From IMG/VR virus record IMGVR_UViG_3300025048_000010, positions 1-27,272 of that record: DNA of 27,272 nt. One strand, 5' to 3'. The translations under genes were made by a program, and so were the position numbers. Under the pieces are notes generated by a model. That model was not told the DNA's origin. It saw nothing but the letters and a program-made list of their open reading frames with translations, and did no database searches. Below are positions 8,343 to 18,500 of the stretch, piece by piece. Numbering within the stretch: the stretch's first letter is position 1; each line of letters opens with the position of its first letter. The DNA is from a virus. Its lineage: Duplodnaviria; Caudoviricetes.

Positions 8343-9359
8343 CTAAGTAAGAAAGTCGTAGATCTCTTGAAGGATGTTTCCTCCTCCACCACCGCCACCA
8401 CCGGCAGCGGTAGCAGCAGAACCAAACATTCCACCTTGGGTTCCTAGCAAACTACCGTATAGTTGAGCCAAGCTATTAACTCTTTCTTTCTCTGCCATTA
8501 AGCGGTTGCCTAAGCCTGTGCTAGCCGCCTCACCAAAGTACCCAGCGCCTTGTCTTGCAGCAGTGCTGCTAAGGTCTGCTAGGCTTAGAGCAGGCGTTAA
8601 GGAGGCCAGTAGTTGATTCTCAGGCTGATACTGTAGGCCCATAGAAGCACCTATGTTACCTAGCTGTGCTTGCTGGAATGCAGCAGGTAAACCAGCAGCC
8701 TGCGTACCTAAGCCAAACATGCCAGTAGCATTAGCTAAGTCACTAGCTCTCTGTTGTTCAGCTTGGTTAATAGACATAAGGGAAGCTTGATTCATAGCTT
8801 CAGCCCTAGCTTTTTCCATAGCAAACTGTTCTGGAGAACCACCAAACTGTGCTGTACGTAAACCTGTACGCCCTTGTGCAGCTAGTCTTTCATTAAGTGC
8901 TATTTGATTACGCTGTTCTTCGGGCATTTGTGTAGCTCTAATGCGGTCATACACATCTTGCTCTCTACCGGCAATACCTCCTTGGGCTTGCTGTAGAAGC
9001 CCTTGTACGCCTCCTAAAGCTTGACTCTGGATACCTGAGACATCAGGAGCACCACCATAGCCTCCTGTTAAACCTCCTGTAATACCAGCTAATTGAGACT
9101 GTAGAGCCTGTTGCTCTGGAGATAGGGTAGTGGTAAAGCCTCCTTGTGTACCAGCATCTACACCACCAAAACCTGTGGATACAGTAAAAGGCTTAAATGC
9201 TGCATCTGCCTGCGCCTGCTGGCCTATCCGCAGACCTTCTGTTTGGGCTTCTTTACCAATGCCCGTAAGGTCATTCATAGCATCTACGGCTAACCCTACA
9301 TTTATTAAATCGCCGCCTCTGCCTCCTAAGAAGTCAGTTATTTGGCTAAATAAACTCAT
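8343..9359 (-). CDS. Putative internal virion / pilot protein (338 aa, Gly/Ala/Gln-rich)
   Basis: Gly/Ala/Gln-rich, with LNERLAAQGRTG; position and composition typical of the first ejection protein. Confidence 0.6.
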   Translation of the reverse strand: MSLFSQITDFLGGRGGDLINVGLAVDAMNDLTGIGKEAQTEGLRIGQQAQADAAFKPFTVSTGFGGVDAGTQGGFTTTLSPEQQALQSQLAGITGGLTGGYGGAPDVSGIQSQALGGVQGLLQQAQGGIAGREQDVYDRIRATQMPEEQRNQIALNERLAAQGRTGLRTAQFGGSPEQFAMEKARAEAMNQASLMSINQAEQQRASDLANATGMFGLGTQAAGLPAAFQQAQLGNIGASMGLQYQPENQLLASLTPALSLADLSSTAARQGAGYFGEAASTGLGNRLMAEKERVNSLAQLYGSLLGTQGGMFGSAATAAGGGGGGGGNILQEIYDFLT

Positions 9360-9362
9360 GTT

Positions 9363-9593
9363 CTATATTCCTATTGTCGTTGTAATTACTGTCGCGGCTG
9401 CTGTCACTACAACAGTAATAACAAGCCAAGCAAGGCGTTCCCATCTCTTAGAGTGTGCCATAGCCATCTCTCTAAGATGCCTGAGTTCAGCAGTAGCCTC
9501 CCCCCAGCGTTCACCACATTCTTTCTCATGTTGTGCTATGCGTTCCAATGCTTCCATAGCTAACTCTAGGTTAGTGCCTTGCTCCATTCTCAT
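9363..9593 (-). CDS. Small coiled-coil protein with C-terminal transmembrane helix (76 aa)
   Basis: HEKECGERW coiled coil, then hydrophobic LAWLVITVVVTAAATVITTTIGI; TAATG coupling to the upstream ORF. A lysis-accessory role is possible but unproven. Confidence 0.7.
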   Translation of the reverse strand: MRMEQGTNLELAMEALERIAQHEKECGERWGEATAELRHLREMAMAHSKRWERLAWLVITVVVTAAATVITTTIGI

Positions 9594-9754
9594 TAATCCT
9601 TAGCCTTGCCAATGTTCAATGCAATAATGTCAAGCCACTTGTATGCCTTGGACACTAGGTCATCGTCCTTCTTGGTAGGTGTAACCGCTGCTATAGCAGA
9701 TGCTAGAGCTACTAGAGCAGTAGCAATGTTAAATGCGTCTAATATATAGTTCAT
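9593..9754 (-). CDS. Small membrane protein (53 aa), holin-like; absent from ORF track
   Basis: Translated by hand: MNYILDAFNIATALVALASAIAAVTPTKKDDDLVSKAYKWLDIIALNIGKAKD*. It starts immediately after the upstream stop and ends in a TAATG overlap. Confidence 0.78.
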   Translation of the reverse strand: MNYILDAFNIATALVALASAIAAVTPTKKDDDLVSKAYKWLDIIALNIGKAKD

Positions 9755-10006
9755 TTATGCCTCTGGGTCATATGCGTTTGCAGTTTTTATGGCTGCGTTG
9801 ACAGTAGACATATCCTCAGAACCCCAATCATCAAGGCCCACCATCGCCTCAAGATACCCACAGCTACGCAGAATACGTTCCTGTTTTTCAACATTGGTGT
9901 TCTCGTTGTAAAAGTCATTGTTTGCATCTAGGACGCTTTCAATTACGTTTACGCTATTCAGCATTGCTGAGTAGTCTTGTGCGATTTGGTCTGCTTCTCT
10001 GGTCAT
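9755..10006 (-). CDS. Acidic hypothetical protein following tail fibre (83 aa)
   Basis: SD GAAGGA just upstream; directly follows the fibre gene; possible fibre-associated protein. Confidence 0.72.
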   Translation of the reverse strand: MTREADQIAQDYSAMLNSVNVIESVLDANNDFYNENTNVEKQERILRSCGYLEAMVGLDDWGSEDMSTVNAAIKTANAYDPEA

Positions 10007-10010
10007 TGTT

Positions 10011-13000
10011 CTATCCTTCTAGGATTGTTATTCGTGCGGTGAGCGCCTCAATTAATGCGCTTTGTTCTTGGATGGCTTTGACAAGTATAGGCACGAACCT
10101 TTCATACTTTAAGCCGTACTGATTACCATCTGGGGTAAGAGTCACTGTTAGATTTTTTTTATCTGACTGTTTATAACCAGCAGCCTCTTCTAGATCACGA
10201 ACTGCTTGCGCTTTGAAGCCAACATCCATCCAATCTTCTTTGTGCGTACCATCTGGTGTTTGTGCGTTTAAGTTATAATCTTCAGCATGCTTATCGCCGT
10301 ATTTAGAACGCTTATCCCAATAGTAAGTGACAGGCTCTAGGGCTTTAACAAAGTCCAAACCAAGGTCTAAAGCCGTAAAGTCAGTCTTATCACGCTGATC
10401 TGATGTAGCTTGTATAGAAACCTGTGTGAAAGCTTGAGCTATGTTTTCATCGCCAAGAACAAGAACATTGCTATTCGTAGAAACTATACCTCCGGGACTT
10501 CCTGTGCGTCCTGCATCAACGCCTAAAAGTAAGTTGTTAGAGCCGCTTGTAACATTATAACCGGAGGCAGACCCCCACGCTGTATTATTTGTGCCAGTGG
10601 CTGAGTTTAACGAATTAGTCCCTCCTGCGGTGTTACTAGTCCCACAGTTCGCGGCTAACGAATCCTTACCAATGGCAGTACATCCATTACCATCGTCTGT
10701 AGCCCCGCCTGCGCCAGAACCCACAAAAGTATTCTCATTGCCTGTTGTAAGAGCATCCCCCGCAAGACTACCGATGAGGGTGTTGTTTATGCCCGTGGTG
10801 ACTAACACACCTGAGTTATATCCCACTGCCGTATTGTTGGTGGTCGTAGCCGAAGTAAAGCTTTGTGTGTTTAAGGCTTGATACCCAATCGCCGTACTTC
10901 CACTTCCAAGTCTATCTGACGTTAGTGCGGAAAGTCCTACAGCTACGTTAAAATCAGCATCAGTAAGAGCATCACCAGCAAGACCGCCAATAAGGGTGTT
11001 CTGAATTCCCGTGGTGACTGCTACCCCTGCTCCCCAGCCCACAGCAGTGTTATAAGTATCTGTAGACGTAGTGAAGTTTTGAGAGAACAGCGCATCTTTG
11101 CCTATAGCCGTAGTGTGATTACCTTTAGTGTCTGAGCTTAAAGCTGAATAACCCAAAGCTACATTTTCTTGCCCTGTGTTCAAGGCATCACCAGCAATAC
11201 CGCCAATAAGGGTGTTTACTATGCCCGTGGTGACTGCTGCACCTGCGGCGTAACCAACTGCTGTGTTATAAGCATCCGTAGCTGTAGTATGGTTTGCAGC
11301 CAAAAGAGCCGCGTATCCGATAGCTGTGTTGTACTGGCCCAGCTTGTTCGAAGATAATGAAGCAAATCCAACCGCTGTATTACGGTCAGAATCAGTCAGT
11401 GCGTCACCTGCAAGACCACCGATGAGCGTGTTCTCAAATCCCGTGGTGATTCCGGTTCCTGCGGCATAACCTATTGCCGTGTTGTAATTTTCTACTGCGG
11501 CATTTTGTGTTGTTAGAGCAAAAGCACCTACGGCTGTACTTCTTTCTCCCGTATCTTCAGTAAATAAAGCCTTGTAGCCCACGGCAGTCATATTGTCGCC
11601 CGTAGTAATCGCAGTACCTGCTTCATCGCCTACGACAGTGTTAAAATTACCGCCAGAGGCTATGGAGTTACCTGCGTTGACACCTATACGGACGTTAGAG
11701 GTTCCTGCTGATGCAGTAATTATGTCTGCGCCGTCTGCAAAGGTTACGTCTGCTGCGAAATTTGCTGCGCCGTCAACGTCAATAACGTCTAAGTTTGCAG
11801 TGCCATCAACATCAATGTCACCAGAGATGTCAATGCCTGTTACGGCTAGTGTAGATGCTATACTTACGTTGCCTGATGAACCTTCTAAAAAGAAAGCATT
11901 AGTATTACCATCGGACTCAATACGAAAGTCTAGGTCTGCACTAGATTCATTAAATACAGTTTCAGTAGGGCTTATAAACAAGCGTGAATTAGAAGCACCA
12001 GCAGTTAACGTAGATAGTTCTAAAGCAAAGTCTTCAGAGCCATTAGATACATCTGTTATTTGTGAAGTTATCTGACCGTAGAATGTTTTCTCATCGGCAT
12101 CGTTTTTACCTGAGAAGTACACTTGACCAGTTAAGTCATTGTCCGCTGCTGAAACAGAGTTTCTAAATAGATCTAATATTGGCCCTGCGTTAGCATCAGC
12201 GTCCGTAGAGATTAGTGCTAATTGAGTAGTATTATCGGATGTAGTAATAGTGGCGTTGCCTGTAAGGGCTGCATCTGTACCGCTAATTTTACTGTCTAAC
12301 TGAGTCTGTATAGCTGAAGTTACACCGTCTGTGTAATTAAGCTCTGCTGTAGTTGCTGTGACTCCATCTAAAAGATTTAACTCAGTTGCAGTAGAGGTTA
12401 CACCGTCAAGGATATTAAGTTCAGCGGTTGTACTAGTGACACCATCTAAGATATTTAACTCAGCAGCAGTACTGGTGACTCCATCAAGGATGTTTAGTTC
12501 CGCTGTAGTTGACGTAACACCGTCTAAGATATTTAGTTCTGCTGTGGTGCTAGTGACTCCATCTAGTATGTTAAGTTCAGCAGTAGTAGATGTAAGTCCG
12601 TCTAAAATATCAAACTCTGAAGCAGTTACTCCTGTAGCATTTAAGTCTTTTGCATAGTTAAGATCAGCAACAACGCCTGTAAAACCATCTAGCTTATTCA
12701 GTTCCGCTGTAGTAGAAGTAACGCCATCTAGTATGTTTATCTCTGCTGCTGTACTTGTGACACCATCCAGAATGTTTAGTTCTGCTGTAGTGCTAGTAAT
12801 ACCATCAAGTACATTTAACTCTGCTGTAGTAACTGTAGCACCGTCTAATATCTCTAGTTCTGCTTCACTAATTGTAGCGGAACCTATAGTAAATGATGTA
12901 AGGATAGTAGGAGTAGTAAGCGTCTTGTTCGTAAGTGTCTGTGAGCCGGTAAGTGTAGCTACAGTACTGTCAATGGCTAGAGTAACACCAGTACCAGATG

Positions 13001-13400
13001 CAGTAGAGGTAACACCAGTGCCACCTAAGATACCTAGAGACTCAGAGTCCAAGTCAATGTCAATACTAGCAGAACCATCAGTAACATCTAAGTCCTGTGC
13101 TGTTGTAGTTGAGTCTACATAGGCTTTAACGGACTGTTGTGTAGGCACAAGCACAGCACTGTTAGAGGACATATTGTCTTCATCTACCCAGCCTGTAATA
13201 GTAATGGTGCCGTCATTCAAGGAACCAAAAGTAGTAGTGCCTGTTAATGTTACATCGTTAATGTCTGCTTTAGTTGCTGATGCAGTTGCAATGTTATTAA
13301 ACTCTGCATCTATTTCAGTACCTTTTACAATCTTTCCAGCATTGCCTGAAGGTAACGAATCTTTAGCTGCAAAGTTAGTTGTTTTTGTATAATTACTCAT
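10011..13400 (-). CDS. Tail fibre with 13-aa shaft repeats, YadA-head-like NTAVG repeats and C-terminal peptidase S74 intramolecular chaperone
   Basis: N-terminal anchor MSNYTKTTNFAAKD...EIDAEFNNIA; VTSTTAELNILDG repeats; NTAxG repeats; SDQRDK...GFKAQ...LVKAIQE chaperone signature at about 10011-10403. Confidence 0.9.
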   Translation of the reverse strand: MSNYTKTTNFAAKDSLPSGNAGKIVKGTEIDAEFNNIATASATKADINDVTLTGTTTFGSLNDGTITITGWVDEDNMSSNSAVLVPTQQSVKAYVDSTTTAQDLDVTDGSASIDIDLDSESLGILGGTGVTSTASGTGVTLAIDSTVATLTGSQTLTNKTLTTPTILTSFTIGSATISEAELEILDGATVTTAELNVLDGITSTTAELNILDGVTSTAAEINILDGVTSTTAELNKLDGFTGVVADLNYAKDLNATGVTASEFDILDGLTSTTAELNILDGVTSTTAELNILDGVTSTTAELNILDGVTSTAAELNILDGVTSTTAELNILDGVTSTATELNLLDGVTATTAELNYTDGVTSAIQTQLDSKISGTDAALTGNATITTSDNTTQLALISTDADANAGPILDLFRNSVSAADNDLTGQVYFSGKNDADEKTFYGQITSQITDVSNGSEDFALELSTLTAGASNSRLFISPTETVFNESSADLDFRIESDGNTNAFFLEGSSGNVSIASTLAVTGIDISGDIDVDGTANLDVIDVDGAANFAADVTFADGADIITASAGTSNVRIGVNAGNSIASGGNFNTVVGDEAGTAITTGDNMTAVGYKALFTEDTGERSTAVGAFALTTQNAAVENYNTAIGYAAGTGITTGFENTLIGGLAGDALTDSDRNTAVGFASLSSNKLGQYNTAIGYAALLAANHTTATDAYNTAVGYAAGAAVTTGIVNTLIGGIAGDALNTGQENVALGYSALSSDTKGNHTTAIGKDALFSQNFTTSTDTYNTAVGWGAGVAVTTGIQNTLIGGLAGDALTDADFNVAVGLSALTSDRLGSGSTAIGYQALNTQSFTSATTTNNTAVGYNSGVLVTTGINNTLIGSLAGDALTTGNENTFVGSGAGGATDDGNGCTAIGKDSLAANCGTSNTAGGTNSLNSATGTNNTAWGSASGYNVTSGSNNLLLGVDAGRTGSPGGIVSTNSNVLVLGDENIAQAFTQVSIQATSDQRDKTDFTALDLGLDFVKALEPVTYYWDKRSKYGDKHAEDYNLNAQTPDGTHKEDWMDVGFKAQAVRDLEEAAGYKQSDKKNLTVTLTPDGNQYGLKYERFVPILVKAIQEQSALIEALTARITILEG
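10792..11449 (-). repeat. 216-nt (72-aa) super-repeat in distal tail fibre
   Basis: CCCGTGGTGA recurs at 10792, 11008, 11224 and 11440, exactly 216 nt apart; protein unit contains (V/I)TTGxxNTLIGxxAGDAL. Confidence 0.85.
12324..12878 (-). repeat. 39-nt (13-aa) coding tandem repeat, 5 + 7 copies around a 29-aa degenerate spacer
   Basis: Consensus VTSTTAELNILDG counted in the translation; synonymous positions vary between copies. Confidence 0.92.
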
Positions 13401-14938
13401 TAAATTAGTCTACCTATAATAGCTTCTGTATTTAGTTCTTGTATGGACAATGCTCTGCCGTCTATTGTAGCGTCTATACCAATAGTAGCTACCTTACCTG
13501 ATCCTCTAGCTTTTAGCTTTGCAACGTCAATAACAATAGTTGCACTGTACTCTGAAGCCGCTACGTTATACTCCGCTACTCCATACTCAGCTATCAAACT
13601 TGTGGCTACAGTAAACGCTTGCTTACTGTAACCTTCTGTATAGTCATAGGCCCAGTTAGCTACTAGCTGACTACCTGACCCACCTATAAGAGTTAAATTA
13701 ATTTCTTTAAGCATCTTTACTCTGGAAGGATCACCAAAGGCTAGAGGCTGAGTGTAGTACTTCATTATGTAAGTGCTAGTGTTGTCTAAATATCCAAAGT
13801 ATCTAGATACACCGGATACACCACCAAAGTATAGCTCTCCTCCAACGTCATCTCTAGCAGCCGTTAAGATACCAGTAGTAGGCCATGTTGTAACTCTGTT
13901 ACTCCCGTCCTCTAGCTTACTTCTTACATCAAAACAGTAAATAATCTTAGCGGTTACAGGGAATATTAAAAGATAAAAAGCATTCTCTACGCTGTATACA
14001 GATTTAATGTTACCTGTTTCAAGAGTAGTATTATAAACAAGTTCATCTCTAATGCTCCTAGAGACATCCCCAATAGGGTTAGATTTCTCTTGTATAACCC
14101 TACCTAAACTACGGACACCAGAGCTAGATAAGAAAAACAAGTCTGAGCCTGTAGACTGTACGCTGTCTCTAGCTACACAGCCTATGTTTGTAATAGTGTC
14201 CTGTAGCGTCATATTAGAAGGTGAAGAAGCACCGGAGTACAGTAGGATGCTACGCTTACCAAAGATAACCAACAGGTCATTAAACTCTGCTAGTGCAGTA
14301 ATCTCATCATGTCCTGTAGGCCATACAGATGTAACGTCTAAGCTACCTGTGCTGCCTCCTGTCCACGCATGACCATTAAGACTATCAGACCAGTAGACAG
14401 TGTGTTTATTGTTTACAACATCAGCAGCCCATACTCTACCAAAAGCCGCTAAAGCCTCATTAGCTTGCGGTGGTGTACCTGTAGAATGACTGTGGTCACT
14501 TATAGCTGCTAGTACACCGGAGCCAGATTCATCTGTGTATATTAGAGGCTCATGCGCTGACTGCCAAAAGTACGCATGGTTAGCAAAGTTTATAATCTTC
14601 CAATTGTTAGCTGATACTGTATAGCCACTTGGAGTTATGTCTGTAAGGCTAGAAGTGCCTGTAAATATCTTATTGTTACCAGTAGAGAACACTACAGTTG
14701 TACCACTGTAATCTACATACTGGAATAGGTTCTCTACGCCAACACTAGACCCTAAAGGAGAAGCACTGCTAGTTAGAAGATTAATTCCTTTTCTAGCACC
14801 TATGCGTCCAAAGCTGTCAATGACTGCATTCTCTGCTATAGAAGCATAAGAAGCGTCCTGACCTACAGGAGCATCTTGAGTATTAAGGCCTCTAAATCCT
14901 GGAGCACCAATGTATATGTTTTCTCTTTGCTGTGCCAT
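13400..14938 (-). CDS. Tail nozzle / tail tubular protein B-like (P22 gp10 / T7 gp12 equivalent)
   Basis: Beta-rich 512 aa; FRGLNT, GRVW, NIGCVARDS and FFLSSSGVRSL motifs; lies between adaptor and fibre with TAATG coupling. Confidence 0.75.
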   Translation of the reverse strand: MAQQRENIYIGAPGFRGLNTQDAPVGQDASYASIAENAVIDSFGRIGARKGINLLTSSASPLGSSVGVENLFQYVDYSGTTVVFSTGNNKIFTGTSSLTDITPSGYTVSANNWKIINFANHAYFWQSAHEPLIYTDESGSGVLAAISDHSHSTGTPPQANEALAAFGRVWAADVVNNKHTVYWSDSLNGHAWTGGSTGSLDVTSVWPTGHDEITALAEFNDLLVIFGKRSILLYSGASSPSNMTLQDTITNIGCVARDSVQSTGSDLFFLSSSGVRSLGRVIQEKSNPIGDVSRSIRDELVYNTTLETGNIKSVYSVENAFYLLIFPVTAKIIYCFDVRSKLEDGSNRVTTWPTTGILTAARDDVGGELYFGGVSGVSRYFGYLDNTSTYIMKYYTQPLAFGDPSRVKMLKEINLTLIGGSGSQLVANWAYDYTEGYSKQAFTVATSLIAEYGVAEYNVAASEYSATIVIDVAKLKARGSGKVATIGIDATIDGRALSIQELNTEAIIGRLI

Positions 14939-15591
14939 TATTGCACCGTGTAAATAAATTCTTCAGGATTCTTATATGCGTCCTGTGCAATAGCATCACT
15001 AAGATGTTTATCTGCAATGATAAAATAATCTTGTGTAGTAGTACCACCTGTCTCACCACGTTCTCTAGCAAGTAAAGCTACAGCGTTGTGTATAATAGGC
15101 ATTGCTGGCAGTACTGTAGTACTAGAGTCTACTGTTAAATCAGGCTCTCTTGAGCACACATCAAAGCGTAATGAAAATACACCGGATGGCTTAGGGTATA
15201 CTCTTACTTTAGTATCAGCATTACTGTCTACTCCACTAAACGTATAGGAGTCAGGAGTGCCTGTAACTTCCCCTGAAATGTAGTAGGCATTACTAAACCA
15301 GTTTGGAGACTCATAGTGCATAAAGAAGTTTGAAGTATCGTTTATAGCACTATATAGTTTAACACGTTCTCCTGCTCCTGTCAAGCTATATTCTGTAGTA
15401 TTTTCTACTGTAGGTACAACCACAGTCTTTCTTAAAGTAGACCAATCATGTGAGTCCTGTACTAAACTCTTAGCATCATTGATGTAGTCTCCTACCATTT
15501 TAGAGTAAGCTGTTTCAGTAACATCAGCTACTTCTTCTTCTCTGAGCCTTCTCAGTACACTATTCATTAAACTCAGGTACGTTGTAGCCAT
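14938..15591 (-). CDS. Head-tail adaptor / tail tubular protein A-like
   Basis: TYLSLMNSVLRRLREE N-terminal helix, INDAK...HDW and VYPKP motifs; precedes the nozzle gene. Confidence 0.75.
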   Translation of the reverse strand: MATTYLSLMNSVLRRLREEEVADVTETAYSKMVGDYINDAKSLVQDSHDWSTLRKTVVVPTVENTTEYSLTGAGERVKLYSAINDTSNFFMHYESPNWFSNAYYISGEVTGTPDSYTFSGVDSNADTKVRVYPKPSGVFSLRFDVCSREPDLTVDSSTTVLPAMPIIHNAVALLARERGETGGTTTQDYFIIADKHLSDAIAQDAYKNPEEFIYTVQ

Positions 15592-18500
15592 TAAATTATT
15601 CCTTTAAATAAACCTTGTGGTGCTTGATAACCTTGTAACGGCAACACACGCTCTAGTAACTCTGGTGCTTGGTATTTATTCATGTAGTCACCAAACATTA
15701 AACCAGTTACTGATGACTGTCCTGCTCCTCCTGAGCCTGCACCTCCAAACATACCAGTGCCTGTCCCAGCGCCTGCCCCTGCACCGCTGCCAGAGCCGTC
15801 ACCAGTACCAGTGCCAGTACCTGTGCCACTACCGCTGCCACTACCGGCTCCAGTTCCTGTACCAGAGCCTTCTCCAGTTCCTTCTCCAGTTCCTTCACCA
15901 GTATCACCTCCGGCTGTTCCTGTTCCTGCTCCACCAGCAGCACTTCCAGAGCCTGTTCCAGCACCTCCAGTACCTGCTCCAGTGTTTATACCGGCGGCAC
16001 CGTCTCCTGAAGAATCAATATATGATGAATTACCAGTACCTGCACCGTCTGTTATTCCAGCATCAGTTGTAGCAGCAAAAGCATCTCCACCTTCTGCTCT
16101 TTCTTGTATTTCTTGAGAAGAAAGAGTTTGTCCTCCATACTCGTAACTACCTGTTGAATTACGGCTTATATTACTAAATATTAAAGTCCAATCTTGCTGT
16201 GTAATCGTTGCTTCATCTTCGCTATAAGTTTCACCATTAAGAGCATCAGGTTTCCCGTCACCATCGTTGTCAGCATTCCAGTATTCTGGGCCTAATTTAA
16301 CAACATTGCCTTTCTGATCTCTAGCTATTACAGAACCATCAGCAAACTTTTCAAGTATCTGCCAGAAAGGAAGTTTTTCAGTTTCCTCTGAAGCATCTCC
16401 AGCGCCAGCACCTCCTCCAGTGCCTGAGGCTCCACCGCCTTCAGAAGACCCACCGCCACCACCGCCACCTGAAGCATCTTCTTCAGGAGGTACAAACTTC
16501 TGATCTATCTCAGGATCATCTATTTCAGGTGGGGGATTATCTACTGTAGTGTCTGTGTCAATCTCATCAAAGTCAGGAGGTGTAACATCTGTTTCAGGAG
16601 GTAAGTTACCTGCTTCTTTTTCTGCATCTTCTATTTCTTTAGCTATTTTTCTAGCTTCTTCAGCCTCTGCGTCAGCTAGTCTTTTAGCTTCAGCTTTTGC
16701 AGCATCAGCTTTTTCTTGAGCTAAGTCAGCAGCAGCTTTATCAGCAGCAGCTTTATCAGCTTTAGCTTTAGCATCAGCAGCCTTTTTAGCTTTAGCATCA
16801 GCAGCATCTTTAGCTGCCTTATCTGCTTTGTCTTTAGCAGCTTTAGCGTCTGCCGCATCTTTAGCAGCTTTAGCATCAGCAGCATCTTGAGCAGCTTTAG
16901 CGTCTGCTGCATCTTTAGCAGCTTTAGCGTCTGCAACAGCCTGCGCTTCTTCCCTAGCTATTCTAGCTGTTTCTTCTTTAGCTGCTAGTTCATCCGCTCT
17001 GGCTCTAGCAACCGCAGCTTCTTCTGCTCTTATCCTGTTTCTTTCTTTACGGGCAGCGTCTTCTATTTGCCAAGCTTGATAAGCAGCAGCTTTCTCTGCT
17101 TGATAGGTTCTTTCTTCCCCACGCCTTATTTCAGATTCATTTTTTACTGCTGCGTCATAGTTACCTTTAGCTACGTTAGCTGCAATTCTTTTCTCATTTA
17201 ACTCTTGTTTTTCAGCGGCTTCCGCTGCTCTTATTTTCTCTAGATAGAACCTTGAGGCTTGGCTAGGCCTACCTCTGTTTCTTATCATAGCTTCCTTAAA
17301 GCGTCCTTCATAGTCATCTATAGCACTTGTGTAAGAAGAAGGTGTGTTAAGAGCTTCCTGTGCTGCGTTACTAGCGTTCTCTGCTTCGCTTACAGCACTA
17401 ACTGCTGCTGATACTTCCTCTGATTCAGTATAAGGATTAAAAGTAAAGTCTATTGTAGCTTCTTGTTCTTCTTCTTCTAAATTACTAGCAGCAACAGAAG
17501 CAGCAATACTATTGATATAAGGGTTAAAGTCTGGTGTTGCACCTGTGCCTCCTCCTCCTATAGAAGACCCTGTTCCTCCTCCTGCACCTTGACTGACAGA
17601 AGAAACAGCACTAAGACGTTCAGCTAACGCTATAGAAACAGGATCACCGCCTAAGTAGAAGTTTACAGGGCCACCAGTTAAGTTCCCAGCTATACTGCTT
17701 AGGGTAGCTCCATTTGTTCCGGGGATTTCAATGTTACCAATAGGTATACCTGCGGATAATGCTGCTTTAATAGGATCTCCACCTAATATAAAAGAAGTAG
17801 CTGCACTAGCTGCCATAGTTGCTGCCGTAGGCCCAAGAGTAGCAGCAATAGCTGTTGCGGTAGCTTTAGACACACCAGCCTTAACAGCAATCTGAGTGGC
17901 AGTCCCGCCTATACCTTGAACAATACTTCCTGCTATTGGCCCTAAAATAGACCCTATAACATAAGCTTTTACAGCAGCTATTCCTATGTCTTTTATACTA
18001 GGATCTTTAACTTCTAAAGTTCTTATCTCACTAAAGCTGAAAGGATCATAAAGATAAGTAGAGCCATCTTTAGTCTGTCTAATAGGGCTAACATCATACT
18101 TATGATAAAGCGCCTGTAACATAGGGTCACTATTATAAGATTCCATCAAAGCTTCTTGATAGTTTAAACCTTTAGTAGCCTGTAGATAAGAAATTTGATC
18201 TTTAAGGATAGGTTCTACAAGAGAATGGAACTGCTGTAATTCAGAGTCTGAAGAATTAGTGTGTGTACCTAAGTTACCGCCAAAGTCAGATTTACTAAAA
18301 GATTGTTTGCTAGCCGTAACATCATAACCGTAGTAAGAACTTAAAGCAGCTTGCAAGTCTTCAGTACTGTTTAAATTTTGAACAGAACTATATGCTTGTT
18401 TAGTTTTAATAACATCTGCACGTTCATTACCAAAGTCACTTAGATAAGCTGGGGTATCTCCAACAAAGCCACGGTACTCCTGCTCGCTAAGTATACGAGT

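Noticed and set aside
10792-11449. Diversity-generating retroelement TR/VR pair in the fibre
   Set aside because: The repeats are in-frame coding modules differing at all base types, not only adenines, and no reverse transcriptase is in the window.
12324-12878. CRISPR-like array
   Set aside because: The 39-nt units are contiguous, in-frame and vary at third codon positions; there are no unique spacers or cas genes.
4845-14372. Numerous + strand ORFs antisense to structural genes
   Set aside because: They lack RBSs and motifs and show Ser/Leu/Val-rich antisense composition; the minus-strand genes tile the region with coupled junctions.
15617-16936. Pro-rich, His/Gln-rich and MLKLLK-repeat ORFs (15617..16072, 15707..15964, 15757..16116, 16721..16936)
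   Set aside because: These are antisense or off-frame readings of the Gly/Thr and Ala/Lys repeats of the 1042-aa gene.
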